Notes under the pieces: model-generated
Databases searched by the model: none
Told to the model about the DNA's origin: nothing
The model's input: the letters and a program-made list of their open reading frames with translations, nothing else
Program-made: the position numbers and the translations under genes
In this document: in pieces, positions 41,589-50,681 of the stretch
Layout: every line of letters starts with the position of its first letter
How positions within the stretch are numbered: position 1 is the first letter of the stretch
NCBI GenBank assembly: GCA_943349075.1
Contig: CALQYY010000001.1
Coordinates: 8,312-72,311, forward strand
Reading direction: 5' to 3'
Length of the DNA stretch: 64,000 bases
DNA from: Candidatus Magasanikiibacteriota bacterium
GTDB taxonomy: Bacteria; Patescibacteriota; Patescibacteriia; Magasanikbacterales; 2-02-FULL-50-9b

Positions 41589-42500
41589 ATGAGAAAAGCT
41601 CTGATCACGGGCGGCGGTAAATTTATTGGTTCTCATCTTGCAGAGGAACTAATGCTGCGTAATTATGAAGTTCATATAACCACTAGTTCACCTCAGGGAA
41701 TAGAGGAAAAATATAATGTTGGTGCAGCTGTGCATGTTTGTGACATACGTGATTTTGATGCCATGATGAAGTTGTGTGAAGGAGTGGACTATATTTTTCA
41801 TTTTGCTAGCCATGCGGATCAGGCATGTATTGATAATCCAATTGAGACCGAGAGTGTCAATGTTGGGGGGGCTGTCTCAATGCTGGAAGTTGCTCGACGT
41901 ACAAGGGTAAAAAAGTTTATCTTTGCTTCGTCTGCTATGGTATATGGTGATCAAAAGCAAGTACCTCTTCGAGAAGACCTCTCTGCATTACCAGTTGAGC
42001 CATATGGGTTATACAAGTATTTTGGCGAACGCCTTATGAAATTTTGGGCGGAGCAGTATGCTGTCCCAACAGTTACATTGCGATTTTTTAATGTGTATGG
42101 CCCTCGAGATCCTGTCGGACCTGCTGCGTATGTTATAGGTCGATTGTTAGATAGACGAATAAATAAGTTGCCTCTAACGATTGATGGCGACGGGACTGAT
42201 ACACGTGATTATATCCATGTTACTGACGTTGTTCGCGCATGTATTATCGCAGCGGAACATCCTGATGTGAGTAATGGAGAATTGTTCAATATTGCCACTG
42301 GTATAGAAACCTCACTTAATACGCTTGCGGCACATATAGGAGGAAAAGTAATACATCTTCCAAACCGTTCCGGCTCACGTCGCGGTCCGAATCGACGTGT
42401 CGCAGATATTTTACATGCTAAAACTGTTTTAGGTTGGGTGCCGAATATTACGATTGAGGAGGGTATACAAGCCCTCAAAAATGATCTTGGTATAAGTTAA
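41589..42500 (+). CDS. NAD-dependent epimerase/dehydratase/reductase (extended SDR)
   Basis: TGGGKFIGS, SSAMVYG, YGLYK, LRFFNVYGP. Confidence 0.88.
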   Translation: MRKALITGGGKFIGSHLAEELMLRNYEVHITTSSPQGIEEKYNVGAAVHVCDIRDFDAMMKLCEGVDYIFHFASHADQACIDNPIETESVNVGGAVSMLEVARRTRVKKFIFASSAMVYGDQKQVPLREDLSALPVEPYGLYKYFGERLMKFWAEQYAVPTVTLRFFNVYGPRDPVGPAAYVIGRLLDRRINKLPLTIDGDGTDTRDYIHVTDVVRACIIAAEHPDVSNGELFNIATGIETSLNTLAAHIGGKVIHLPNRSGSRRGPNRRVADILHAKTVLGWVPNITIEEGIQALKNDLGIS

Positions 42501-42524
42501 AGCTGAAATGATCATGCAAAATAT

Positions 42525-43169
42525 ATGGATCACGAGAATGATTTAGAAAATTGGTTTAAGTCTCAGCAGGAGATTCTTGCTATTGATGTAAAAGAGATAG
42601 CGCTGGCAGATGGTCAGGATTGGGTGATCACTCAGGAAGATGGACGTCCTCATCACATTGGACATAAGACAGGGAAGTATCATCGCGGTGTTTTACTTAA
42701 AGCTTGGGATAATGTACGGCAAGCGTGGATAGAGCGCTTTTTATTAGCGCCAATTCCTCCTGAGGGTGTTGAAAAATTCTATGGCGTTACTCTCATAGCT
42801 CGCTACAACGATCGATATCTGGTACAAGCGAAAGCAGAGCCGGGTAATCCGACTCCGGGCCATGTCCAATTGACTTCTACAATTCAGGCCTCTTATACGA
42901 ATATAATGGCGCAGCTTTCTGGGTCAATTCCTTTTACTTGGATGTATAAGAATGAACGCTGTATACAACTCATTAGCTCTCAAGATGGAGCGCAATTATA
43001 TCTAAAGAACAATAAAGTATCTTTTCTTGAACTTGCAGAAGAACCGAAAGAAATTCCAGAAAATTTTGCTTGGGCAACAGCTGCAGAAATTAAGTCATTT
43101 GCTCAGCGTGGATTAGTTTCAGAACATATAATGCAATGCTTGGGTGTCTGTTTTTTGGCAGATAAATAG
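42525..43169 (+). CDS. single-domain NDP-hexose 2,3-dehydratase-family protein
   Basis: LVQAKAEPGN..QLTSTIQASYTN resembles the family LxQAKxEPGN..QLSPTVQAT motif. Confidence 0.75.
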   Translation: MDHENDLENWFKSQQEILAIDVKEIALADGQDWVITQEDGRPHHIGHKTGKYHRGVLLKAWDNVRQAWIERFLLAPIPPEGVEKFYGVTLIARYNDRYLVQAKAEPGNPTPGHVQLTSTIQASYTNIMAQLSGSIPFTWMYKNERCIQLISSQDGAQLYLKNNKVSFLELAEEPKEIPENFAWATAAEIKSFAQRGLVSEHIMQCLGVCFLADK

Positions 43170-43241
43170 CTTGCGGTGTTACTTCTGTTTTGATAGTATT
43201 ATTTCGTACATGATAATGTCTGTGCGACAATCTAATATTGT

Positions 43242-44270
43242 ATGAAAAAAATTAAGCTTTTTAAGCCATATGTAAGCTGGCGGGCAATATGGAATGTGGT
43301 GAAGGTTTTACGGAGTGGTCAATTGGCTGAAGGACCTCAGGTTGCTGCATTTGAAAAAGAGTTTGGAGAAATGTTTGGTTTGTCTGATGTTATCACGCTT
43401 AATTCAGGTACGGCCGCACTTGAGTTGGCGTATGAGCTAGCTGGTATAACAGTAGGCGATGAGGTTATCAGTCCTGTTCTTACGATGCCGGCAACTAATA
43501 TTCCTTTGGTCCGACGCGGAGCAAAAATTATTTTCGCAGATACCGAAGATGATTTAAATATTAGTATTGCGGATGTTGAGCAAAAAATAACACCAAACAC
43601 AAAAGCAGTTGTTTTTGTTCACTTTAATGGCAATAACCGAGGGCTTAATGAGCTTGTGGCTCTGTGCGCAAAGAAAAATATTATTCTTATTGAAGACGCT
43701 GCTCAGGCTGTTGGCTCTGATAACTGGGGAAAGGGGGATTTTGTTTGTGTTTCATTTCAGGCAATTAAGACATTTACTACAGGTGATGGTGGGGCTTTAA
43801 TCTGTAAAAATAAGGAGTTGACACCAAAGGCACGTCGATTGCGTTGGTTTGGTTTCGACCGACAGCGCAGACAGACTGCTGACATTACTGAAGCAGGATA
43901 TAAATATCATATGAATGATATTGCAGCGGCGATTGGCCGCGGTAATTTACGTTCAGTTCAGAAAGTGATTGCACATCGCAAGAGTCTTGTAGAAGAATTT
44001 AATAAGCACGGTATACCTGCGCATATCTGGCGCGCATTTATTCTTACAGATCAGCGTGAGGAATTACAAAAAAAATTAAAAGATAATGGTATTGATGCTG
44101 AGGCATACGATAATCGGAATGATATCTATTCGTTATTTGGTGGTCGACAAAGTTTTCCAAACATGGATCGTTTGGAAAAGCGCTATCTGCTTCTACCGCT
44201 TCATATGGGAGTTTCTTTAGACGATGTTCGTAGAATGAGTAAGATAATTAAAGAGTTTTATGCAATATAA
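43242..44270 (+). CDS. DegT/DnrJ/EryC1/StrS PLP-dependent sugar aminotransferase
   Basis: NSGTAALEL, IEDAAQA, SFQAIKTFTTGDGG, GYKYHMNDIAA. Confidence 0.93.
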   Translation: MKKIKLFKPYVSWRAIWNVVKVLRSGQLAEGPQVAAFEKEFGEMFGLSDVITLNSGTAALELAYELAGITVGDEVISPVLTMPATNIPLVRRGAKIIFADTEDDLNISIADVEQKITPNTKAVVFVHFNGNNRGLNELVALCAKKNIILIEDAAQAVGSDNWGKGDFVCVSFQAIKTFTTGDGGALICKNKELTPKARRLRWFGFDRQRRQTADITEAGYKYHMNDIAAAIGRGNLRSVQKVIAHRKSLVEEFNKHGIPAHIWRAFILTDQREELQKKLKDNGIDAEAYDNRNDIYSLFGGRQSFPNMDRLEKRYLLLPLHMGVSLDDVRRMSKIIKEFYAI

Positions 44271-44820
44271 AAATCCCGACATCTATTCATCGTACAGAGA
44301 AAACGATCTTGGAAGAACTTTTTATGATTTAGTGCTTGAGCACAAACCAAAGAAAATTATAGAGTTTGGAACATTATACGGTTACTCCACTGTTGCAATG
44401 GCAATGGCTCTTGATGAGTTGGGTGAGGGACATGTCTGGGCAAACGATTTGTTTGAAGACTATGAGTTCAGACACTCAACAATGGAAGAAACTCAGAAAA
44501 ATATTGATACCTACGGTGTTACAAAATACATAACCTTACAAAGGAATGATTTTGAGGAGTGGTTAAAGAATCCAGAACCTTTTGATCTTCTTCATGTTGA
44601 TATCTCAAACAAGGGTGATACGATTGAACGATTATATGAAGCAGTGAAAGATCAGATTGCGCATGGAGCAATTGTTATTTTTGAAGGAGGAACTGAAGAG
44701 CGCGATCAAGTAGAATGGGTTACTAAATACAATTGTAAAAAAATTTATGGATCAGGAATTCCATATAAGGTATTAAATCCTAATTTTACTTCATTATCTC
44801 AATTGATTATACCAGAATGA
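44260..44820 (+). CDS. class I SAM-dependent methyltransferase (Methyltransf_24-like)
   Basis: IIEFGTLYGYST, FDLLHVD. Confidence 0.8.
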   Translation: MQYKNPDIYSSYRENDLGRTFYDLVLEHKPKKIIEFGTLYGYSTVAMAMALDELGEGHVWANDLFEDYEFRHSTMEETQKNIDTYGVTKYITLQRNDFEEWLKNPEPFDLLHVDISNKGDTIERLYEAVKDQIAHGAIVIFEGGTEERDQVEWVTKYNCKKIYGSGIPYKVLNPNFTSLSQLIIPE

Positions 44821-45647
44821 AATTAGCTATTATCGCCAGTGGTTGGCATTTTCCACTACATTTTTTTAAGCAGATGTCCGAACAAAAAATACCAGCTGGG
44901 TGGACGGTTGATATGTTTTGCGTGTCTCATCGAGATCCCTCATTTTCTGTATCTGAAAAAAAGGAAATGCTTGCGCATATGGGCTATACACGTCGCGAGC
45001 TGTATGATCGAATACTATATGAGCAGATAGCGACTGTTGATGATATTAGAGAGCTTGGATGGGCTTACGTGCTTGAACCGAACATTATTGGTGACATGGG
45101 TAATGTAAATCAATGGCTTGAGAAAAACGATTATAAACAGTACGACAAGTTCTTGTTTACGCACGATGACAACTTTATTCTTTCTACTGAAATGTTGAAA
45201 GATATATTGCCACAGAATGATTGGCTTGTCTTAAGTAATAGCGATGGACATACGCAGCGTCGGCTACGTAAATGGCTTAAATTACCTAAGGAGTTTAGTA
45301 TTCGTGGTTCGTTCGAGTTTTTTACAAAAGAAATGCTTGATATTATGGGAGGTAAATTTGATTTATCTGATGTTCAGTTGACAAGAGACGGAGAGGTTAC
45401 CACAAGCGGTGTATTTGATGAGTTGAGTGATTGGAACGCTACAGTTGTGCCCTGGCAGCGTCTCATTGAAGAAAAAAAACTTAGATCCCGTATACATGCG
45501 CTTTCGGGTTATTATCGGGTTAGCAAATATTGCATTGAGGGAGAACGTGGTTTTATACATCGTACCGAAGCTTGTAATACTGACGAAGAAAATCGAGGTC
45601 TTGATATGGTTGAAAAAAATTTTGAGCGATTGAAGGCTCGTGCTTAA
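44817..45647 (+). CDS. hypothetical protein, possibly a GT-A-like glycosyltransferase
   Basis: FLFTHDDNF (DD motif); located in the glycan operon. Confidence 0.55.
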   Translation: MKLAIIASGWHFPLHFFKQMSEQKIPAGWTVDMFCVSHRDPSFSVSEKKEMLAHMGYTRRELYDRILYEQIATVDDIRELGWAYVLEPNIIGDMGNVNQWLEKNDYKQYDKFLFTHDDNFILSTEMLKDILPQNDWLVLSNSDGHTQRRLRKWLKLPKEFSIRGSFEFFTKEMLDIMGGKFDLSDVQLTRDGEVTTSGVFDELSDWNATVVPWQRLIEEKKLRSRIHALSGYYRVSKYCIEGERGFIHRTEACNTDEENRGLDMVEKNFERLKARA

Positions 45648-45648
45648 G

Positions 45649-45780
45649 ATGGCGGCATTGTTGAAAGCTACTTTGGAACACGAAGAATTCGAGAATTTCA
45701 TGGTGAATTTAAGTGTGGTAGGGGAATACAACAAACATTTTGGTGGCCACATGGATGAGATTGTGATACTCTGCGAGTAA
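45649..45780 (+). pseudogene. 43-aa ORF, possible gene remnant
   Basis: MAALLKATLEHEEFENFMVNLSVVGEYNKHFGGHMDEIVILCE starts directly after the upstream stop; no family recognised. Confidence 0.25.
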
Positions 45781-45910
45781 AGCTTGAACGACTAGTAAAG
45801 CATTATTTATAAACCTAAATATCTAGTCTAAAATCATATACAAATCCAATGAGGAGTGCTCATCAGTTTTGAAGCATATTTAATTTTCTTGGATAAAATA
45901 GAGAAAGTTT

Positions 45911-46636
45911 ATGAAAATAAAAGATTTTGTTTTAGCATTAGTTTCTCCAAATTTACGATTTCGCATTGTAAATTTTAAAAACAGTATTTACGGCGGATAC
46001 AAAAAATTTTATTTTTCTCAAAACGGCGAAGACGTTGTCGCTGCTACATTGTTTGATGATTTAAAAATTAAAAATGGTTTCTATGTTGATGTTGGTGCGC
46101 ATCACCCTCAACGATATTCGAATACAAATTTGCTTTTCTTAAAAGGTTGGTCAGGTATCAATATTGATCCAAACCCCGAGACTATTAGGCTTTTTAACTC
46201 AGCAAGAAAGAGAGATATAAATCTTAATGTGGGTGTTGCTGAAAATAAATCTGAAATTACTTACTATAATTTTTCCGACCCAGCTGTGAATACTTTTTCT
46301 GCACAAGCTGCTAAAAAGTATGAGGATAAAAAATGGATTTCATTAATAAGCAAAACCCTTGTCAGCGTTACTCCGCTCCGCGAAATTTTGGCGCAGCACT
46401 TACCAACAAATAAAACCGTTGATCTTTTAAATATTGATGTCGAAGGTTTTGATATGGAAGTTTTGAGATCAAATGATTGGGAAAATATTAAACCCTGTGT
46501 GATAATTATAGAAGACCATCTTTTTGATATTAAAAAATCGGAAAATAGTGAAATATACTCTTTTCTTTTACAGAGAGGTTATCGACTGCATGTGTATTTA
46601 GGATTTTCGTTAATTTTCGTAAGAGGGGGTATCTAG
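45911..46636 (+). CDS. FkbM-family methyltransferase
   Basis: SQNGED, YVDVGAHHP..SNT, NIDVEGFDMEVL. Confidence 0.92.
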   Translation: MKIKDFVLALVSPNLRFRIVNFKNSIYGGYKKFYFSQNGEDVVAATLFDDLKIKNGFYVDVGAHHPQRYSNTNLLFLKGWSGINIDPNPETIRLFNSARKRDINLNVGVAENKSEITYYNFSDPAVNTFSAQAAKKYEDKKWISLISKTLVSVTPLREILAQHLPTNKTVDLLNIDVEGFDMEVLRSNDWENIKPCVIIIEDHLFDIKKSENSEIYSFLLQRGYRLHVYLGFSLIFVRGGI

Positions 46637-46699
46637 ATAAATTTTAAAAAAAAGACTATTATATATTTTCCCCATCACATTGCGGGAAGGAGATTTCAC

Positions 46700-46912
46700 A
46701 TGAGCGATCGGTTCGAGACCTCAATCCTGTGCGGATTGAGCCGTTCTTTGGTTAGAGACAGTTCGCGGGGACCAAGTCTCCAGCCTTCCGGAAATCCTGT
46801 GGAGGATTCTGAGATTGAAGCGCCTGTTCCGTGGGGATCGCATCGGATTGATCCGAGTCACATCCCTCCGCCGCCAGGCCACATTTCGGATCCGCCCACC
46901 CCATCCAACTAA
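46700..46912 (+). CDS. small Pro/Ser-rich hypothetical peptide
   Basis: SD AAGGAG upstream; followed by the repeated terminator hairpin. Confidence 0.5.
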   Translation: MSDRFETSILCGLSRSLVRDSSRGPSLQPSGNPVEDSEIEAPVPWGSHRIDPSHIPPPPGHISDPPTPSN

Positions 46913-46929
46913 CAGGACAACCTGTCCTG

Positions 46930-46961
46930 TTTTCGCGCCACTGACGTAACTGTTGGTGGCG
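46930..46961 (+). repeat. 32-nt hairpin repeat, copy 1 (terminator-like)
   Basis: ttttcgcgccactgacgtaactgttggtggcg; 30/32 identical to 47393-47424. Confidence 0.85.
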
Positions 46962-47137
46962 CTCGTTTTTATCATTTGATTGTTGACCGTCTTGTGTATT
47001 TGTTATAGTTTGTTTTGGCAGATAGGCTGCGATGAAGGTGATATCGGTCTCGTTTTTGGGGTGGTGGCGGGAACGGCCTATGCGCACATTCGGTGAGCGA
47101 CCAAGAGTTATTCAAATTGTGGCTGCTGGAGGAGTTC

Positions 47138-47368
47138 ATGAACAAAGGTCCTGAAGATGAGATTCTCAAAAGAATTGCCAAGATGGGGGTCGGCGAAGAA
47201 GTTACGTTCGGGCCACAGATTACCGGAACTGAATGGGCTTACCAGCTCATTCGTACCGAGGGAGGAAGACTTGATCTTCGGATGGTCCATGTTTCGGGGA
47301 CGTGTGAGTTCTCGACCGTGGGAAATCCGAATGGAGACATACTCTTCACTCACAAGCACTCTGAGTAG
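47138..47368 (+). CDS. 76-aa hypothetical protein homologous to the N-terminus of 49097..49693
   Basis: SD GGAGGAG 47128-34; GEEVTFGPQITGTEWAYQL. Confidence 0.65.
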   Translation: MNKGPEDEILKRIAKMGVGEEVTFGPQITGTEWAYQLIRTEGGRLDLRMVHVSGTCEFSTVGNPNGDILFTHKHSE

Positions 47369-47392
47369 TCTTGCATCAAGAACGCAACCGTT

Positions 47393-47424
47393 TTTTCGCG
47401 CCATTGACGTAACTGTCGGTGGCG
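47393..47424 (+). repeat. 32-nt hairpin repeat, copy 2 (terminator-like)
   Basis: ttttcgcgccattgacgtaactgtcggtggcg. Confidence 0.85.
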
Positions 47425-47441
47425 TTGTTTTATTATTCACG

Positions 47442-47507
47442 TTGACACTCGAAAGGTTTGTTCGTAGTATGTGGATTACAAGCCTTTAATACGGGCCGTT
47501 TGGAGGA
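47442..47507 (+). promoter_or_regulatory. promoter TTGACA-17-TAGTAT and SD GGAGGA
   Basis: TTGACA 47442-47, TAGTAT 47465-70. Confidence 0.65.
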
Positions 47508-47511
47508 ATTC

Positions 47512-48162
47512 ATGCAGAAGGGTGATTGGCGTTCGTGGTTAGCGAGACATCGCGAGCAGAGCTCAATGAGGGCTGAAGTAGTTCCGATTTCGCAGGTCGG
47601 TGACTGGCAGGTTCTGGTTGACGAGTCTGGACAAGCGGTTTCTGTCGGGCGCGCGGACGGGAAGTATCATGAAGCGGTCGTTGTGCGTGTGAGCAACGCT
47701 CGCCGCGAAGTGCCTGATTATTCGACACTCCTTTTCCGAGAGGCAACGAAGCCAGGAGAAGAGGGCGTCATGGTTTTGGTCGGAGACGGCCAGGGAAATT
47801 TCCTGATTCAGGCAAAGGCCGAGCCGGGAAATGACACAGAAGGCAAGGTTCTTCTTGCGGCGACGCTGCAAGTCTCCAGGGCCAATCTCGGACAGGCGCA
47901 TGGGGGGGGTATACCTCCGCGAGCAGAGCTTTTCGGTCAGGTCGATCCCGCCGGATGGTGCCTCATTCGGGCTGATGGCGCGCGTTTTCTCAGCAAGCGA
48001 AACTTGTTTGCAGTCGCGATTGTTGATCGCGGTGGGTTTGAGACAAGCGAATCTGAGCGCTGGTTCACAGACGCGGAGCTCTGCGAGGCGCTTCAGGATG
48101 GGGAAGTTGGTGAGCTTTTGGCGCACGCCTGGCTTGCAGCACTCAAGATGCCACGAGTCTAG
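47512..48162 (+). CDS. single-domain NDP-hexose 2,3-dehydratase-family protein
   Basis: DGKYH, FLIQAKAEPGN..TLQVSRANLGQAHGG..P, DGARFLSKRN. Confidence 0.75.
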   Translation: MQKGDWRSWLARHREQSSMRAEVVPISQVGDWQVLVDESGQAVSVGRADGKYHEAVVVRVSNARREVPDYSTLLFREATKPGEEGVMVLVGDGQGNFLIQAKAEPGNDTEGKVLLAATLQVSRANLGQAHGGGIPPRAELFGQVDPAGWCLIRADGARFLSKRNLFAVAIVDRGGFETSESERWFTDAELCEALQDGEVGELLAHAWLAALKMPRV

Positions 48163-48176
48163 GACAAGGCTCATGG

Positions 48177-48221
48177 GCGGCAGTTCGAGGTTGAAACGAC
48201 CTCGGCTGCCGCTTTCTTTTT
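48177..48221 (+). terminator. intrinsic terminator
   Basis: gcggcagttcgaggtt-gaaa-cgacctcggctgccgc followed by tttctttt. Confidence 0.85.
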
Positions 48222-48312
48222 ATCTAAATTCACGTATTGACAGTAATTAATTTTTGATGTATTAATCATGCACGCTAACTGCGCTGCCATCTAGTGGCAG
48301 AGGAGGCTGTTC

Positions 48313-49008
48313 ATGTCTAGGAGCTTTTCATTGCGGCCTCGCCGCGAAACGCTCGAGGAAGTGAACCGGTTGATAACCAAAGAGTGTCCTTGGTTTGTTC
48401 CAATTGCAGATGAGCGCGAACTCGGTATGTGTTCGAAAGGTGAGATTGAGATTATCGCTGTGGCTCAGGTGGTCGCGGATTTGTGGCATGCGTTCGCGCA
48501 TGTGCAGTTCACGACCATCCAGCCCGACGGTAGCTTCAAACCCTACACAGTTCGAATCGACAAGCCGGCCGCGCTCGTTTATGCGGTGATCAATGGAAAA
48601 CTGCTCTTGTCGTACCAGTCTCGGCTGGCGATCGGTAGTAAGTGGACTCTTGAGTTGCCGCGTGGTTGGGTCTCGCCGGAGGATGCGAGAACGCCTGAGT
48701 CAGCGGTGCGTGCACTGTTGACGCGGGAATGTGGATCGGCATTCGTGGCTTCGCTAAGCTCGTTTCGGCCTGTAGAGGTAAAACGAATTTGGCAGGATAC
48801 GGGTACGATGCGCAGTGATTTGCCGGTGTACTATCTCGAGGCAGAATCTGTGCTCATACCACTGGAACGCCAGGGTGTGTGCAAGCCGAAGCTTTACGGC
48901 TTTGGTGAAGCAGATGAATTGGAAGAGAAAGGAAAGCTGAATGACGCACTCTCTCTCGCAGGGTTGCGAGTGGTGGAGCGTTATCTGCAACGCACGGTCC
49001 GGCTCTAG
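48313..49008 (+). CDS. NUDIX-fold hydrolase-like protein (degenerate Nudix box)
   Basis: LELPRGW..AVRALLTRECG; DTG; TTGACA 48237, AGGAGG 48301. Confidence 0.7.
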   Translation: MSRSFSLRPRRETLEEVNRLITKECPWFVPIADERELGMCSKGEIEIIAVAQVVADLWHAFAHVQFTTIQPDGSFKPYTVRIDKPAALVYAVINGKLLLSYQSRLAIGSKWTLELPRGWVSPEDARTPESAVRALLTRECGSAFVASLSSFRPVEVKRIWQDTGTMRSDLPVYYLEAESVLIPLERQGVCKPKLYGFGEADELEEKGKLNDALSLAGLRVVERYLQRTVRL

Positions 49009-49096
49009 GCCGGGAACATACTACGCAGGCTGCTCGTCTCGGAGCAGGTGTGGCACCTGGCAGACCCTACGGGGACTGCGATAACGGTGCAGTGCT

Positions 49097-49693
49097 ATGA
49101 ATACTTCAAGCAAGATCAATGTTGAACTCCAAGCAGCTCTCGGCGCGCTGATCGCTCAGCTTCCGGCGGGCGAGAGTGTCACCTTCGGTCCCGAACAGAC
49201 AGGTACGCAGTGGAGTTACACTCTCACGGCGTGCGAGATTGACGGGAAACGGCGCGTGGATGCCCGGCTTCACAACACAAGCGATGGCATGGATTGGTTC
49301 TACGCTGTGGACACACAGCCGCACAAGCTCGGCGCGCCGATCATGTACGAGGAGCCGTCACTACGCGTGCCGTGTGCGGAAGCGGGCATCTTGGATCAGG
49401 AGGGATTTCTGGTTGGTGTCGTGGCTTTCGGGGACAGCACGCTGCGCGCGAGCTGGTCCAAGTTGGTCAAAATCGAACAGAAGCAGTTCGGGTTCGCCCC
49501 GGATCGCAGCTTCTCGATCAACGGCGAACTCATCGGGTACGTGTGGGCAATTGTCCTTGCGAACAAGAATCGCATCGATGGCTACGTGGCAGTCGTCCGC
49601 CCCGAGTCGCCGATCGGTCCGGTGTGGGTGTTGGAGCTCGAGGACGTCGTGCGCGAAGCGGTCCTCCAGGATGCGCTGCGTGTGAACGTGTAG
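49097..49693 (+). CDS. hypothetical protein, possibly a highly diverged dehydratase/Nudix-fold paralog
   Basis: GESVTFGPEQTGTQWSYTL shared with the 47138 ORF; AEAG...STLRASWSKL. Confidence 0.65.
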   Translation: MNTSSKINVELQAALGALIAQLPAGESVTFGPEQTGTQWSYTLTACEIDGKRRVDARLHNTSDGMDWFYAVDTQPHKLGAPIMYEEPSLRVPCAEAGILDQEGFLVGVVAFGDSTLRASWSKLVKIEQKQFGFAPDRSFSINGELIGYVWAIVLANKNRIDGYVAVVRPESPIGPVWVLELEDVVREAVLQDALRVNV

Positions 49694-49719
49694 CTCGGTT
49701 CCTTCGGGGTCTGGGCAGT

Positions 49720-49760
49720 GGGTGGTAGGTTGTCGTCAAGACGCCTGCCACCCTATTTTT
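49720..49760 (+). terminator. intrinsic terminator
   Basis: gggtggtagg..gtc/gac..cctgccaccc followed by tattttt. Confidence 0.75.
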
Positions 49761-49830
49761 ATATTGACTTTTTTTTAAAAAACGATACAATTCCAAAATG
49801 CTCTGTAATTTTGTGGGGCAAGGAGGCGCG

Positions 49831-50616
49831 ATGTCTGAGATTAAAGATTTGTATGGTCAGCTACTTGAGCTGACTGCGGGTTACCAGGATATTGATGTTG
49901 GGGCGATGCGGGCTGATGCAAAGCGTCGCGGTATTGACCCTGAGTTTATGAACTGGCTGGTGGATCGTCTGGAACACTACAAGGACGAGATGGTGGTGAC
50001 GCGCCGGTCACTTTTGGATATGAAGCCATGGGACATTGTGGAGGGCGTACTGCTCAACATGGCTCGTGCGTTCTTTCAGATCTGGGGCATCGAAGTCTAT
50101 TTGCGTTCGAAAGGTCAACGCTTCACGCAGCCGATCATTAGCTACCCCGAACCGGGAGTAGAGGTGCTCGTGCATGCAGTGAAGGACGACCGATACCTTT
50201 TGCGTCTGCGTCAGGCTCCGGGTGGCAGCGACAGCCGAAGCAAGCTCGGCTTTGTCCCAGGGCTCACAGCATCAGCCTCTCACCTCAAGGGGCTCGACGC
50301 TGCGAAGCATCCGGCACGGGCACATCTTATTGAGCTCGCGCTCCAAAAATTCTCGGAGCTTCCGAACGACAGGATCCCGGCATGGTTCTTCATGCCCAAG
50401 GATCAGGCTCGCTATGACAATTCCTACAACTTCGTCGTGCCGCTGCGTGTCTGTAACAAGAGCAGTGTGCCGGAGATTGATGATCCGGATGAGTTATGGC
50501 TCAGCCCTGCAGAAGTGCTTTTTTGCGCGCGCTGGTGTCTGCTCGACCAGCATGCGTACGAGGCGTTCGGCGCGCTCCGTATTGTCGAGGATGTACTGCT
50601 TCGGGTACACCCGTAG
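49831..50616 (+). CDS. diverged NDP-hexose 2,3-dehydratase-family protein
   Basis: FFQIWGIEV..FTQPIISYPEPG, PGLTASASHL, DQARYDNSYN, WLSPAEV; TTGACT 49764, TACAAT 49786, AAGGAGG 49820. Confidence 0.65.
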   Translation: MSEIKDLYGQLLELTAGYQDIDVGAMRADAKRRGIDPEFMNWLVDRLEHYKDEMVVTRRSLLDMKPWDIVEGVLLNMARAFFQIWGIEVYLRSKGQRFTQPIISYPEPGVEVLVHAVKDDRYLLRLRQAPGGSDSRSKLGFVPGLTASASHLKGLDAAKHPARAHLIELALQKFSELPNDRIPAWFFMPKDQARYDNSYNFVVPLRVCNKSSVPEIDDPDELWLSPAEVLFCARWCLLDQHAYEAFGALRIVEDVLLRVHP

Positions 50617-50633
50617 TGGTTTCGGCAGCAGTT

Positions 50634-50681
50634 GGACAGCGGCACGTATTCTTCGGGATTCGTGCCGCTGTCCTCTTTTTT
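50634..50681 (+). terminator. intrinsic terminator
   Basis: ggacagcggcacg..cttcgg..cgtgccgctgtcc followed by tctttttt. Confidence 0.85.

Noticed and set aside
47015-47137. Riboswitch or leader peptide upstream of the 76-aa ORF
   Set aside because: Only a weak ataggc/gcctat stem and a 40-codon ORF without SD; no recognisable aptamer
46930-47424. CRISPR array from the 32-nt palindromic repeat
   Set aside because: Only two copies, separated by 431 nt containing a promoter and ORF; no cas genes
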